From: Longimicrobiales bacterium
Lineage (GTDB): Bacteria; Gemmatimonadota; Gemmatimonadetes; Longimicrobiales; Gaopeijiaceae
Length of the DNA: 64,000 nucleotides
Reading direction: 5' to 3'
Assembly: GCA_965204735.1 (NCBI GenBank)
Contig: OZ242008.1
Span: forward strand, 2,528,001-2,592,000
Shown here: positions 29,160 to 37,573 of the stretch, piece after piece
Position numbering within the stretch: position 1 is the first letter of the stretch
Layout: the number at the start of each line of letters is the position of its first letter
Translations under genes and position numbers: made by a program
Notes under the pieces: model-generated
What the model saw: the letters and a program-made list of their open reading frames with translations, nothing else
What the model was told of the DNA's origin: nothing
Database searches by the model: none

Positions 29160-30380
29160 TCATCGGAACGCCGGAACTAGGTAGTCCACCACGACGCGGA
29201 CCGTCTCCCGCTCGTAGCGCTCGGCCCCTCCGTCTCGGCCGACGCCGCGCCAGTCGTTGGTGGCGACGACCACCAGGTCCAGGCGGGGAACCACGAAGAC
29301 GTACTGGCCGCCGTACCCCCAAGCGAAGTGAAGGGGCTCCTGCGCCTCGGGCACCCTCCACCAGAGGAGACCGTAGGAGATGCCGGCCAGCGCCCCGAAG
29401 TCGGACCGCCACTGGAAGTGCGGTCGGAAGGAGAGGTCCACCCACTCCCGAGGAAGTATCTGCCGGTCGAGGCTGGCGCCGCCCTGCAAGTAGAGCTGCC
29501 CGAAGCGGGCCAAGTCCCTTGGACGGAGGTCGAGTCCCGCGCCGCCGTTGTGGTATCCGCCGGGCAGGGGCTCCCAGCGCCCGAGGGCGATCCCCGTCGG
29601 ACCGAAGAGGGCGTCCTGGGCCAGCTCGGGAAGCCGCATCCCGGTCGCGCGCTCGACGGCCACGCCCAGCAGGTGGACGGCGGCGGAGTTGTAGGTGAAC
29701 CGGGCTCCGGGCGGATGGGCCAGCGGCCGATCCAGCAGGAAGCGAAGGTGGTCGTCGGATCGCATCCACTCCGAGTAGGAACCGAACCCTCCGCTCTCGT
29801 CCCACTCGAAGCCGCTCGTCATCGTCAGCAGGTGGCGAAACGTGATCTCCCGCTTGGCGGGGCCGATCTCGCCGACGGCAGGGGCGAGGTAGCCGGCCAC
29901 CGGGTCGTCCAGGCTCACGATCTCGCCGCGCTCCAGGGCAACGCCGGCCAGGGCCGAAACGACGCTCTTGGTCACGGAGCGGACGTCCGCAAGGCTGTCG
30001 GGGTGTCCGACTCCGAAGTACTCCTCCACCGCCAGTCGCCCGTCCTTGACCACGAGCAGGCTCTGCAAGCGGTGGTTCAGGCGCGCCCGCTCGATCCCTT
30101 CGGCCACCAGGTCGGGCGAGCCCCCGACCGCCTCGATCGACGCGGTGGCCCACGGGGCGGCCAAGTCGATTCGGGCCGGGGTCCGACCGCCGGGACCCGC
30201 CAGGTCTCCCGTGCACGCGGCAAGGGCGACGAGGGTCGCCGCGGCCCATGCGGCCGGGGCTCGGAGCGTGGGGCCGGCCGGCCGAGTCGGCGCCCGGATG
30301 GCGGCTGGCGGGACCGTCCATGTGGTCCAGGATCGGAGCGCAGGGCCGGCCGGGGTCGTCGCGGGCGCGGCTCGATTCAT
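29160..30380 (-). CDS. Serine hydrolase, beta-lactamase class C/NylB-like; probable lipoprotein
   Basis: SVTKS (SxxK), LLTMTSG, FTYNS, GYGGQ; lipobox-like LAAC. Confidence 0.85.
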   Translation of the reverse strand: MNRAAPATTPAGPALRSWTTWTVPPAAIRAPTRPAGPTLRAPAAWAAATLVALAACTGDLAGPGGRTPARIDLAAPWATASIEAVGGSPDLVAEGIERARLNHRLQSLLVVKDGRLAVEEYFGVGHPDSLADVRSVTKSVVSALAGVALERGEIVSLDDPVAGYLAPAVGEIGPAKREITFRHLLTMTSGFEWDESGGFGSYSEWMRSDDHLRFLLDRPLAHPPGARFTYNSAAVHLLGVAVERATGMRLPELAQDALFGPTGIALGRWEPLPGGYHNGGAGLDLRPRDLARFGQLYLQGGASLDRQILPREWVDLSFRPHFQWRSDFGALAGISYGLLWWRVPEAQEPLHFAWGYGGQYVFVVPRLDLVVVATNDWRGVGRDGGAERYERETVRVVVDYLVPAFR

Positions 30381-30460
30381 GCCGGAAGCGCGTCCAAGGC
30401 CTTGTCCGTCAGCGTCGTCCGCAGGTGTCGTCGGGGGGCGGCTCGATTCATGCCGGAAGC
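30367..30460. repeat. 23-bp perfect direct repeat duplicating a stop/start junction
   Basis: GCGGCTCGATTCATGCCGGAAGC at 30367-30389 and 30438-30460. Confidence 0.9.
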
Positions 30461-30942
30461 ACCGCCGTCGCCTCCACCTCGACCAGCGCTTCCGGGTGGA
30501 CGAGCGCGCTCGCCTCCACCAGGGACATCGCCGGGAAGTGCTTGCCGAACACCGCCCGGTACTCGGCGCCCACCTCGGAGAGGGAGGCGCGGTAGGTGGG
30601 CATGTCGGTCACGAAGATCGTGAGGCGGCCCACGTCCGCGATCCGGCCCCCGGCCTTCTCCACCACCCGGGCCACATTGGCCAGTGCCGCGCCGAACTGC
30701 TGCGCCAGCCCCTGGGCGATCCCGCCGTCCGGGCCGGCGCCGATCTGGCCCGCGACGAAGAGGAGGCGGCCCCCGACGGGCGCCAGCATCCCGTTGTTCC
30801 AGCCTCTCGGAGCGCCCAGGGCCGCCGGGTTGACGATCGACCAAGCCGCGGCTCGCTCGTCGCGGGCGCCGGCCGAGACCCCGGGAGCGGACTCGAACTG
30901 CTGCTCGGCGCTCGGGCGCGCCGGGGACGCTTCGGTGGTCAT
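30448..30942 (-). CDS. RidA/YjgF family protein (AbmF-like)
   Basis: LFVAGQIG, FGKHFPAMSLVE..ALVHPEALVEVEATA. Confidence 0.9.
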   Translation of the reverse strand: MTTEASPARPSAEQQFESAPGVSAGARDERAAAWSIVNPAALGAPRGWNNGMLAPVGGRLLFVAGQIGAGPDGGIAQGLAQQFGAALANVARVVEKAGGRIADVGRLTIFVTDMPTYRASLSEVGAEYRAVFGKHFPAMSLVEASALVHPEALVEVEATAVLPA

Positions 30943-31715
30943 CGCAGGAGAACGCCGCCGTCCAGCACCAGGGCGGCGCCCTGCAGCGACGACGCCTCGT
31001 CCGCCATGAACGTCGCGACCGCGTGAGCGACTTCGGCGGGTTGGAGCAGTCGGCCGTCGGGCAGCGTTCCCGCAACCTCTTCGCGGACCGCCCGGGGCTT
31101 TCTGCCCGTGCGGCCGGCGATCTTGGCGACGGCTTGGTCGGTCATCGGGGTGTCCACGTAGCCGGGACAGACCGCGTTGGCCGTGACGCCGGTGCCGGCG
31201 AGTTCGGCGGCCAAGCAGCGGGTCATCCCCAGCAAGGCGTGCTTGGAGGCGGAGTACGAGGTGACGTAGCGCGCGCCGGAGAGGCCGGCAACCGATGCGA
31301 CGTTGACGATGCGGCCCCATCGCCGTTCCAGCATGGCGGGCAAGAAGGCCTGGGAGACGAGAAGGGGTCCCGTGGCGTTGACCCGGTGGACGGCTTCCCA
31401 CTGCTCCAACGTCACCTTGAGAAAGGGCGCCGAGTCGGCGATCCCCGCGTTGTTGACGACGATGTCCACGGCGCCTGCGAGCTGCCGTGTCCGCTTGGCC
31501 AGGGCATGGACGGACGCAGCGTCGGAGACGTCGCACGGGACGGCGTGGGCGCGGGCGCCCTGGGAGCGCAGGTCGGCGGCCACGGCCTCGATCTCGCTCG
31601 CGCTTCGGGCGACGACCACGACCCGCGCGCCCGCTCGCGCCAGCGTCTGCGCCACCGCCGGGCCGATGCCCCGGCCGCCGCCGGTGACGACCGCGGTCTT
31701 CTCCGCCAGCCTCAC
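30939..31715 (-). CDS. SDR family oxidoreductase (AbmB-like hydroxyacyl-CoA dehydrogenase)
   Basis: TGGGRGIG, NNAG, YSASKH, VCPGYVDTPMT. Confidence 0.9.
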   Translation of the reverse strand: MRLAEKTAVVTGGGRGIGPAVAQTLARAGARVVVVARSASEIEAVAADLRSQGARAHAVPCDVSDAASVHALAKRTRQLAGAVDIVVNNAGIADSAPFLKVTLEQWEAVHRVNATGPLLVSQAFLPAMLERRWGRIVNVASVAGLSGARYVTSYSASKHALLGMTRCLAAELAGTGVTANAVCPGYVDTPMTDQAVAKIAGRTGRKPRAVREEVAGTLPDGRLLQPAEVAHAVATFMADEASSLQGAALVLDGGVLLR

Positions 31716-32734
31716 GGCAGGCGCTCCGGCCCGGGCTCGAGCGAGCCGACCCGACCGCCGGCCGGGGCTGGCTCCACAGCCTTCGCGGCGCCGTGGTCGT
31801 TGGCGTCGTGTCGAGGTCCGCAGGCGCCGATTCCGCTCCGGGGCTCCACCGTCTTCGCGACGCCCTCGTCGTCGTTGGAGCCCGGTGGTCGTGGGGCCCG
31901 GCACGCTCCGGCGACGCCCAGCCGTTCCGCGACCGCGTCCGCGACGATCCGGCCCAGGACCCCAAGGGTCTCGGCTCCCTCTTCGGGCGTCGCGGCGGCC
32001 GGATCGCCGCAGTAAGCCTCTGGGACGCCTGCCTCGCCGAAGGTGGCGGCTCCGTTCCTGTGGGCCAGAGAGAGCGAGATCGGGCGGGGAGGCAGGGTCC
32101 GCCGGGCGTCTTCGCGCACCAGCGCCGGCGCAGCCGCCATCAACACCGAGCTTTCGTACTGCCCCGCGTGGCAGGCACCGCTCTTGAACTCGTCGGTGAG
32201 GCGCAGCGCCCACGGCTTGCGCGTGACGTCGGGAAAGATCACGGGCATGACGCGCTCGCTCGGCTCGCCCGCGCCGGCCGGCCCTTCGCAGTCGGCGACC
32301 CCCTGCCGAAGCGACGCCAAGTGGGCCGGGTCCAGGTGCGCGTTCACCACGACCATCGCCGCCACGCCCTGCCCGGCCAACGCCGCTGCGATGTCGCTCA
32401 CCAGCGCGGACACCGTCTCGGGACAGATCGAGATCGTGCCGGGGAACTCGGCCGCGAACGGCGCCGCGGCATAGGCCAACGGGGGAAGCGCCAGCGGACG
32501 GAAGCCGAGGGCGTCGAGCTCGGCGAGCGCCGCGTGGACCGCCGCCTGGGCGATGATCACGTCGGTGGCCAGGGGCAGGTGCGGTCCGTGAGCCTCCACG
32601 GCGCCTACGGGCAGGAGGGCGACCACGGGAGGCCGGAACGCCGAGTCGTTCTCGATCGCGGGCGACCCGCCCCGTCCCAGCCCGGCCGCCGCCAAGGCGG
32701 TCCATGTCGCGTGTCCCCACTCCCGTTCGTCCAT
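31712..32734 (-). CDS. Creatininase-family amidohydrolase
   Basis: LPVGAVEAHGPHLPLATD, FPGTISI, VNAH, HAGQYESS, GDPAAATPEEG. Confidence 0.88.
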   Translation of the reverse strand: MDEREWGHATWTALAAAGLGRGGSPAIENDSAFRPPVVALLPVGAVEAHGPHLPLATDVIIAQAAVHAALAELDALGFRPLALPPLAYAAAPFAAEFPGTISICPETVSALVSDIAAALAGQGVAAMVVVNAHLDPAHLASLRQGVADCEGPAGAGEPSERVMPVIFPDVTRKPWALRLTDEFKSGACHAGQYESSVLMAAAPALVREDARRTLPPRPISLSLAHRNGAATFGEAGVPEAYCGDPAAATPEEGAETLGVLGRIVADAVAERLGVAGACRAPRPPGSNDDEGVAKTVEPRSGIGACGPRHDANDHGAAKAVEPAPAGGRVGSLEPGPERLP

Positions 32735-32939
32735 TGACCAGCCTTTCATGGTCCCTAATCTGAAGAATGCCGCCGGCTCGCGCACGCGGCCCCGACCGCG
32801 TCGGCGGGAGCAAGGACGACCCTGCCCCGGCCGTCGCAGGCACGCGGCCCCGGCTTGCCCAGGCAGCACCTGCACGATTCGTTGCCCCGCCCGCCGCGCT
32901 GGCGCCAAGCCGGGCCACATCTCCCGAGCTCCCCGCCGA

Positions 32940-34613
32940 ATGACCCGACATCCGCCCCGCCGCCTCAACATCGCCGACTACTTTCTGGACGACCGGATCC
33001 GGGAAGGCATGGGCGAGCGGACCGCGATCCGCACATGGGACGGCGCCGTGGCCTACGGCGAGCTCCAGGCCCGGGCCAACCGCTTCGCCAACGTCTTCGC
33101 CGAGCGGGGCGTGGAGCCGGAGCAGCGGGTTCTCGTCGCCCTGCCCGACGTGCCCGACTTCGCGGCGGCGCTCTTCGGCGCCCTCAAGCGGGGTGCGGTG
33201 GCAGTGATGGTCAATCCGCGGCTCCCCGCCGACCGGATCCGCGACCTCTTCGACTACGTTCGGCCCAAGGCAGCGGTGGTGCACGCGGACCAGGCGGCGA
33301 CGTTCCGCGAGGCGACCAAGGGCGCGCGCCACGCCCCCGGGCTGCTGACGATGGGGGGACCCCTCGACGACGGCGGTCCAGTCGGCCGGGACGGCGGTCC
33401 AGTCGGCCGCGACGGCAACCCCGTCGGCCGGGGCGGCAGCCCTGTTGGCCGGGGCAGCGGCCCCGTCGGAAGCGAGCGCGATTCGCCCCGCCGCCGGGCC
33501 GCCAGCGGCGACCGGGCCGTCGCCGCCGCGAGCCCCGACTTCGAGAACTTCCCGTCCCATCCGAGCGATCCCGCCGTCTGGCTCTTCTCCGGCGGCACGA
33601 CCGGCCGTCCCAAGGCCGTGGTGCAGAGTCACGCTTCCTTCGTCAACTCCACCGGGCGCTACGCCAAGGAGTTCCTGGGCTACGGCCCGGACGACGTCGC
33701 GCTGGCGGCGCCCAAGCTGTACTTCGGCTACGCCACCGGGTCGAACCTCTTCTTCCCGCTGGCGACCGGGGGATCGGCAGTCCTCTTCCCGGAGCGGTGC
33801 ACGGTGGACGAGCTCTTCCGCCAGATCGCCCGGCACCGTCCCACGATCCTCGTGGCCGTGCCCACCATGGTGAACTACATGGTGTCGCACCCGGAGGCCG
33901 CCGGGCAGGACCTGAGCTGCCTGCGCCTGGCCACGTCCGCCGGCGAGCCCCTGCCTCCCGAGCTGCACCGCCGCTGGGACGAGGCCTTCGGCGTCGAGCT
34001 CCTCGACGGCCTGGGGACCGCCGAGATGTGGCACGTCTTCATCTCCAACCCGCCGGGGGGAGCGCGCCATGGCACGCTGGGACGGGCCGTCCCCGGCTTC
34101 GAGGTCAGCCTGCGCAACGAGCGGGGCGAAGAGGCCGCGCCCGGCGAGGTGGGGCGGATGCGCGTTCGGGGCGGCTCGCTGGGGAACGGCTACTGGCAGC
34201 GGCCCGAGGAGACTCGGCGGGCGTTCGTGGGACCATGGTATGTTTCGGGCGACATGATGACCCGCGACGCCGACGGCTGCTTCGCCTACCGCGGCCGGGC
34301 CGACGATCTGCTCAAGGTCAAGGGCAAGTGGCTGTCGCCGACGGAGGTCGAGGAGTGCATGCTGGAGTGCCCCGAAGTGAGCGAAGCCTCGGTCGTCGGG
34401 ACCACGACGGCCGACGGGCTGGCCGTGGCCGAAGCGTTCGTGGTCCCTGCGGCGAGCGTCGACGCGGAGCGGGCCGGAGCAGCGGTCCGGCGCCTTCTGG
34501 CCCGGCGCTTGCAGTCCTACAAGCACCCGCGAAAGATCCACTTCCTCGAAGAGATGCCCCGCACCCACCTGGGCAAGGTGGACCGGGGCGCCCTGAAACG
34601 GAGCGCGCCATGA
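32940..34613 (+). CDS. Benzoate/2-aminobenzoate-CoA ligase family (AbmG-like)
   Basis: LFSGGTTGRPK, KLYFGYATG, SAGEPLP, DGLGTAEMWHVFIS, GRADDLLKV, PRTHLGK. Confidence 0.85.
   Translation: MTRHPPRRLNIADYFLDDRIREGMGERTAIRTWDGAVAYGELQARANRFANVFAERGVEPEQRVLVALPDVPDFAAALFGALKRGAVAVMVNPRLPADRIRDLFDYVRPKAAVVHADQAATFREATKGARHAPGLLTMGGPLDDGGPVGRDGGPVGRDGNPVGRGGSPVGRGSGPVGSERDSPRRRAASGDRAVAAASPDFENFPSHPSDPAVWLFSGGTTGRPKAVVQSHASFVNSTGRYAKEFLGYGPDDVALAAPKLYFGYATGSNLFFPLATGGSAVLFPERCTVDELFRQIARHRPTILVAVPTMVNYMVSHPEAAGQDLSCLRLATSAGEPLPPELHRRWDEAFGVELLDGLGTAEMWHVFISNPPGGARHGTLGRAVPGFEVSLRNERGEEAAPGEVGRMRVRGGSLGNGYWQRPEETRRAFVGPWYVSGDMMTRDADGCFAYRGRADDLLKVKGKWLSPTEVEECMLECPEVSEASVVGTTTADGLAVAEAFVVPAASVDAERAGAAVRRLLARRLQSYKHPRKIHFLEEMPRTHLGKVDRGALKRSAP
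33369..33473 (+). repeat. In-frame 21-bp tandem repeat (GGPVGRD-like, about 5 copies)
   Basis: DGGPVGR DGGPVGR DGNPVGR GGSPVGR GSGPVGS. Confidence 0.85.
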
Positions 34614-35200
34614 GCCCCGTCGCCCCCTGCATGCCCGTGATCGTGGGCTCCGTCCGCCGGGGCCGACTGTCGATTCGAGTCGCCCGCTTCATGCAGAGAC
34701 GGTTGCAGGAAGCCGGAATGGAAGCGCCCCTCCTCGACTTGGCCGAGATCGACCTCCCCATCATGGAGGAGCGTCTGCACATGCGCGACGACCCGCCCCC
34801 CGGACTGGTGCCGTTCGCCCGGGCCGTCGCCGAGTCCGACGGCGTGGTGGTCGTGAGCCCCGAGTACCACGGATCGATCCCCGGCGTGCTGAAGAACGCC
34901 CTCGACTACCTGCGGGGCGAGTGGGAGCGCAAGCCCGTGGGGATCGTCACCGTGTCCGGCGGCGGCTTCGGCGGCGTGCAGGTCCACAACCACCTTCAGC
35001 TTCTCTTCCTGCGGCTGAAGGCCGTGCCCGTGGCGGCGGTCGCCGTGTCCAACGTGGGCGAAAGCTTCGACGAGGACGGCAACGCCATGGAGCAGCGGTA
35101 CGAAGCCGCCTTCGTCCGGTTCCTGGACACCCTCTCGTGGTACGCCCGAGCCCTCTCCGCAGCCGAGGCGGCCGACGCGGAGGCGTCGCAGAGCAAGTAG
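34610..35200 (+). CDS. NADPH-dependent FMN reductase
   Basis: GSVRRGR, SPEYHGSIPGVLKNALD, KPVGIV; ATGA overlap with the CoA ligase. Confidence 0.9.
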   Translation: MSPVAPCMPVIVGSVRRGRLSIRVARFMQRRLQEAGMEAPLLDLAEIDLPIMEERLHMRDDPPPGLVPFARAVAESDGVVVVSPEYHGSIPGVLKNALDYLRGEWERKPVGIVTVSGGGFGGVQVHNHLQLLFLRLKAVPVAAVAVSNVGESFDEDGNAMEQRYEAAFVRFLDTLSWYARALSAAEAADAEASQSK

Positions 35201-35233
35201 CAGGACCGCAAGTCCATCCCCAGGAGGCCAAGA

Positions 35234-37231
35234 ATGGCGGCGCCCGCCGAACCCCCGGTCCGCAAGGGCCTTCCCCCCGAAGCCTACGAGGTCGTCGACG
35301 GCGACCAGTACCGCCCCTACGTGCCCCCGGAGAAGTCGCTGGCCGAACTCACCGCGAGGGCGGTGGCGGTCGGGCTCGTGGTGTCGGTCGTCTTCGGCGC
35401 GGCCAACGCCTACTTGGGCCTCAAGGTCGGCCTGACGGTGAGCGCGTCGATCCCGGCGGCGGTGATCGCGGTGGCCGTCTTCCGGGCGCTTCGCCGGGGC
35501 TCGATCCTGGAGACCAACATGGTCCAGACGATCGGGTCGGCGGGCGAATCGGTGGCGGCCGGCGTGATCTTCACCCTGCCCGCGCTCTTCATCTGGCAGC
35601 GCAGCGATCCCGCGATCGTGGTGGACCTGCTGCAGGTGTCGGTGATCGCCGGCTTCGGGGGCGTCCTGGGAGTCCTCTTCATGATCCCGCTGCGGCGCTA
35701 CCTGATCGCCCGCGAGCACGGGAAGCTGCCCTACCCGGAAGGCACCGCGTGCGCCGAAGTCCAGGTCGCCGGCGAGGTGGGCGGCGGCAAGGCCCGACTG
35801 CTCTTTTCGGGACTGGGGGTCGGGGCGCTCTACCAAGCGCTGGCCAACAGCCGCGGGCTTGCGCTCTGGAACGAGGAACCCGCCCTTCCCCTTCCCCGGA
35901 AGGCGGAGATCGGCGGAAGCTTCACGCCCGAGCTGCTGGGCGTCGGCTTCATCATCGGCCCCCGGATCGCCGCGATCATGTTCGGCGGAAGCGCGCTGGC
36001 GTGGCTGGTCCTGATCCCGCTGATCGACCTCTGGGGCGGCGACGCGGTAGTGTACCCGGCCGGGGTTCCCATGTCGGCTCTGGGGTCCGGCGAGATCTGG
36101 AACAACTACATCCGCTACGTGGGCGCGGGCGCCGTGGGCTTCGCTGGGATCGTGACGCTGCTCAAGTCCCTGCCGACGATCGTCGAGTCCTTCAAGCTGG
36201 GGCTGGCCCACGCGGGCGGCGGCGCGGACGCCGGGCTGCCCCGGACCCAGCAGGACCTGCCCATGCGGCTGGTGCTGGGGCTGGCGGCGCTGATGGCGGT
36301 GGCCCTCTGGCTGTGGCCCGGAGTGCCCGTGGGACCGTTGGGGGCGCTGCTGATCGTCGTCTTCAGCTTCTTCTTCGTGACCGTCTCGAGCAGGATCGTC
36401 GGCTTGATCGGCTCGTCGTCGAACCCGGTGTCGGGGATGACGATCGCGGCCCTCATCCTGACGTCGCTGATCTGGGTCGCCCTGGGGCTGAACGACGGGG
36501 GCGCCGGGGCCAAGGTGGCGGTGCTGGCCGTGGGCGCCGTGGTGTGCATCTCGGCGGCCGTGGCGGGCGACACTTCCCAGGACCTGAAGACGGGCTTCTT
36601 GGTGGGCGCGACGCCGAAGAGGATGCAGGTCGGCGAGATGATGGGCGTCCTGGCCAGCGCGGCGGTCATGGGGGGCGTGCTCGTGGTGCTGAACGAGTCC
36701 TACGGGCTCGGCACGGTGGACGGGCTGCCCGCGCCCCAGGCCACGCTGATGAGCTTGGTGATCGACGGCGTGCTGGACGCCTCCCTGCCTTGGGGGTTCG
36801 TGCTGCTGGGGATCGGGATCGCGGCGGTCGCCGAGTTCGTGTTCAAGTTGCCTTCGCTGGCGTTCGCCGTCGGCGTGTACCTGCCCGTGTCGCTGATGAC
36901 GCCGATCTTCGTCGGCGGGCTGATGCGGATGGGGCTGGCGCGGAAGTACAAGGGCGACGAGGCCGAGGGGACCGAGAAGCGCGAGCGGGGCGTCCTCTTC
37001 GCTTCGGGGCTGATCGCGGGCGCCGCGCTGGTGGGCGTGCTGATCGGAGGCGCGATCTACGCGGTCACCCAGATCACCGGCAACCCGGACCCGGCGTCGT
37101 CGTGGACGGTGGGCCACGGGTGGATGGACGAGGCGTGGGCGCCTCTCTCTTCGATCGCGGGCGCCGTCGCGTTCGTCGGGCTCTGCCTGCTCCTGTGGCG
37201 GGCGGCGGTCCGAGACCGGCGGGCGAAGTGA
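35234..37231 (+). CDS. OPT family oligopeptide transporter
   Basis: YLGLKVGLTVSASIP, LPYPEGTACA, SSNPVSGM, QDLKTG.LVGATP, APQATLM. Confidence 0.93.
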   Translation: MAAPAEPPVRKGLPPEAYEVVDGDQYRPYVPPEKSLAELTARAVAVGLVVSVVFGAANAYLGLKVGLTVSASIPAAVIAVAVFRALRRGSILETNMVQTIGSAGESVAAGVIFTLPALFIWQRSDPAIVVDLLQVSVIAGFGGVLGVLFMIPLRRYLIAREHGKLPYPEGTACAEVQVAGEVGGGKARLLFSGLGVGALYQALANSRGLALWNEEPALPLPRKAEIGGSFTPELLGVGFIIGPRIAAIMFGGSALAWLVLIPLIDLWGGDAVVYPAGVPMSALGSGEIWNNYIRYVGAGAVGFAGIVTLLKSLPTIVESFKLGLAHAGGGADAGLPRTQQDLPMRLVLGLAALMAVALWLWPGVPVGPLGALLIVVFSFFFVTVSSRIVGLIGSSSNPVSGMTIAALILTSLIWVALGLNDGGAGAKVAVLAVGAVVCISAAVAGDTSQDLKTGFLVGATPKRMQVGEMMGVLASAAVMGGVLVVLNESYGLGTVDGLPAPQATLMSLVIDGVLDASLPWGFVLLGIGIAAVAEFVFKLPSLAFAVGVYLPVSLMTPIFVGGLMRMGLARKYKGDEAEGTEKRERGVLFASGLIAGAALVGVLIGGAIYAVTQITGNPDPASSWTVGHGWMDEAWAPLSSIAGAVAFVGLCLLLWRAAVRDRRAK

Positions 37232-37554
37232 GGCGGGCGCGGGTCGCAGTCGGCCTCGCCCTGGCCCTGGCCGCGGCCGGCGCCTGCCAAGACCTTTCCC
37301 CGGACGCGGGCCTGACCCGGGAGGCGTTCGTCGAGACCTACGTGGCGTTGCGGGCCGCCGGGCTCCAGTCGGCGTCGGGAGTGATCTCGCCCGCGGACAG
37401 GGAGCGGATCCTGGCCGAGAGAGGCGTCGATCCGGAGGAGCTTCTCGAGTTCGCCGCGACCCACGGCGGCAACGTCGCGTTCATGAAGGAGGTGTGGGAC
37501 GAGATCGAGTCGCGCTTGGAGGAGATCCGCGCGCAGCCGGACTCGAGCCGGTAG
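37228..37554 (+). CDS. Small hypothetical lipoprotein
   Basis: GTGA overlap with the OPT gene; lipobox-like AGAC; helical acidic domain. Confidence 0.7.
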   Translation: MRRARVAVGLALALAAAGACQDLSPDAGLTREAFVETYVALRAAGLQSASGVISPADRERILAERGVDPEELLEFAATHGGNVAFMKEVWDEIESRLEEIRAQPDSSR

Positions 37555-37573
37555 CGACGCGCGCGGGCGGCCC

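Noticed and set aside
29160..30380. Antibiotic-resistance beta-lactamase
   Set aside because: The SxxK fold is shared by many esterases and amidases; motifs and catabolic context favour a NylB/esterase-like hydrolase.
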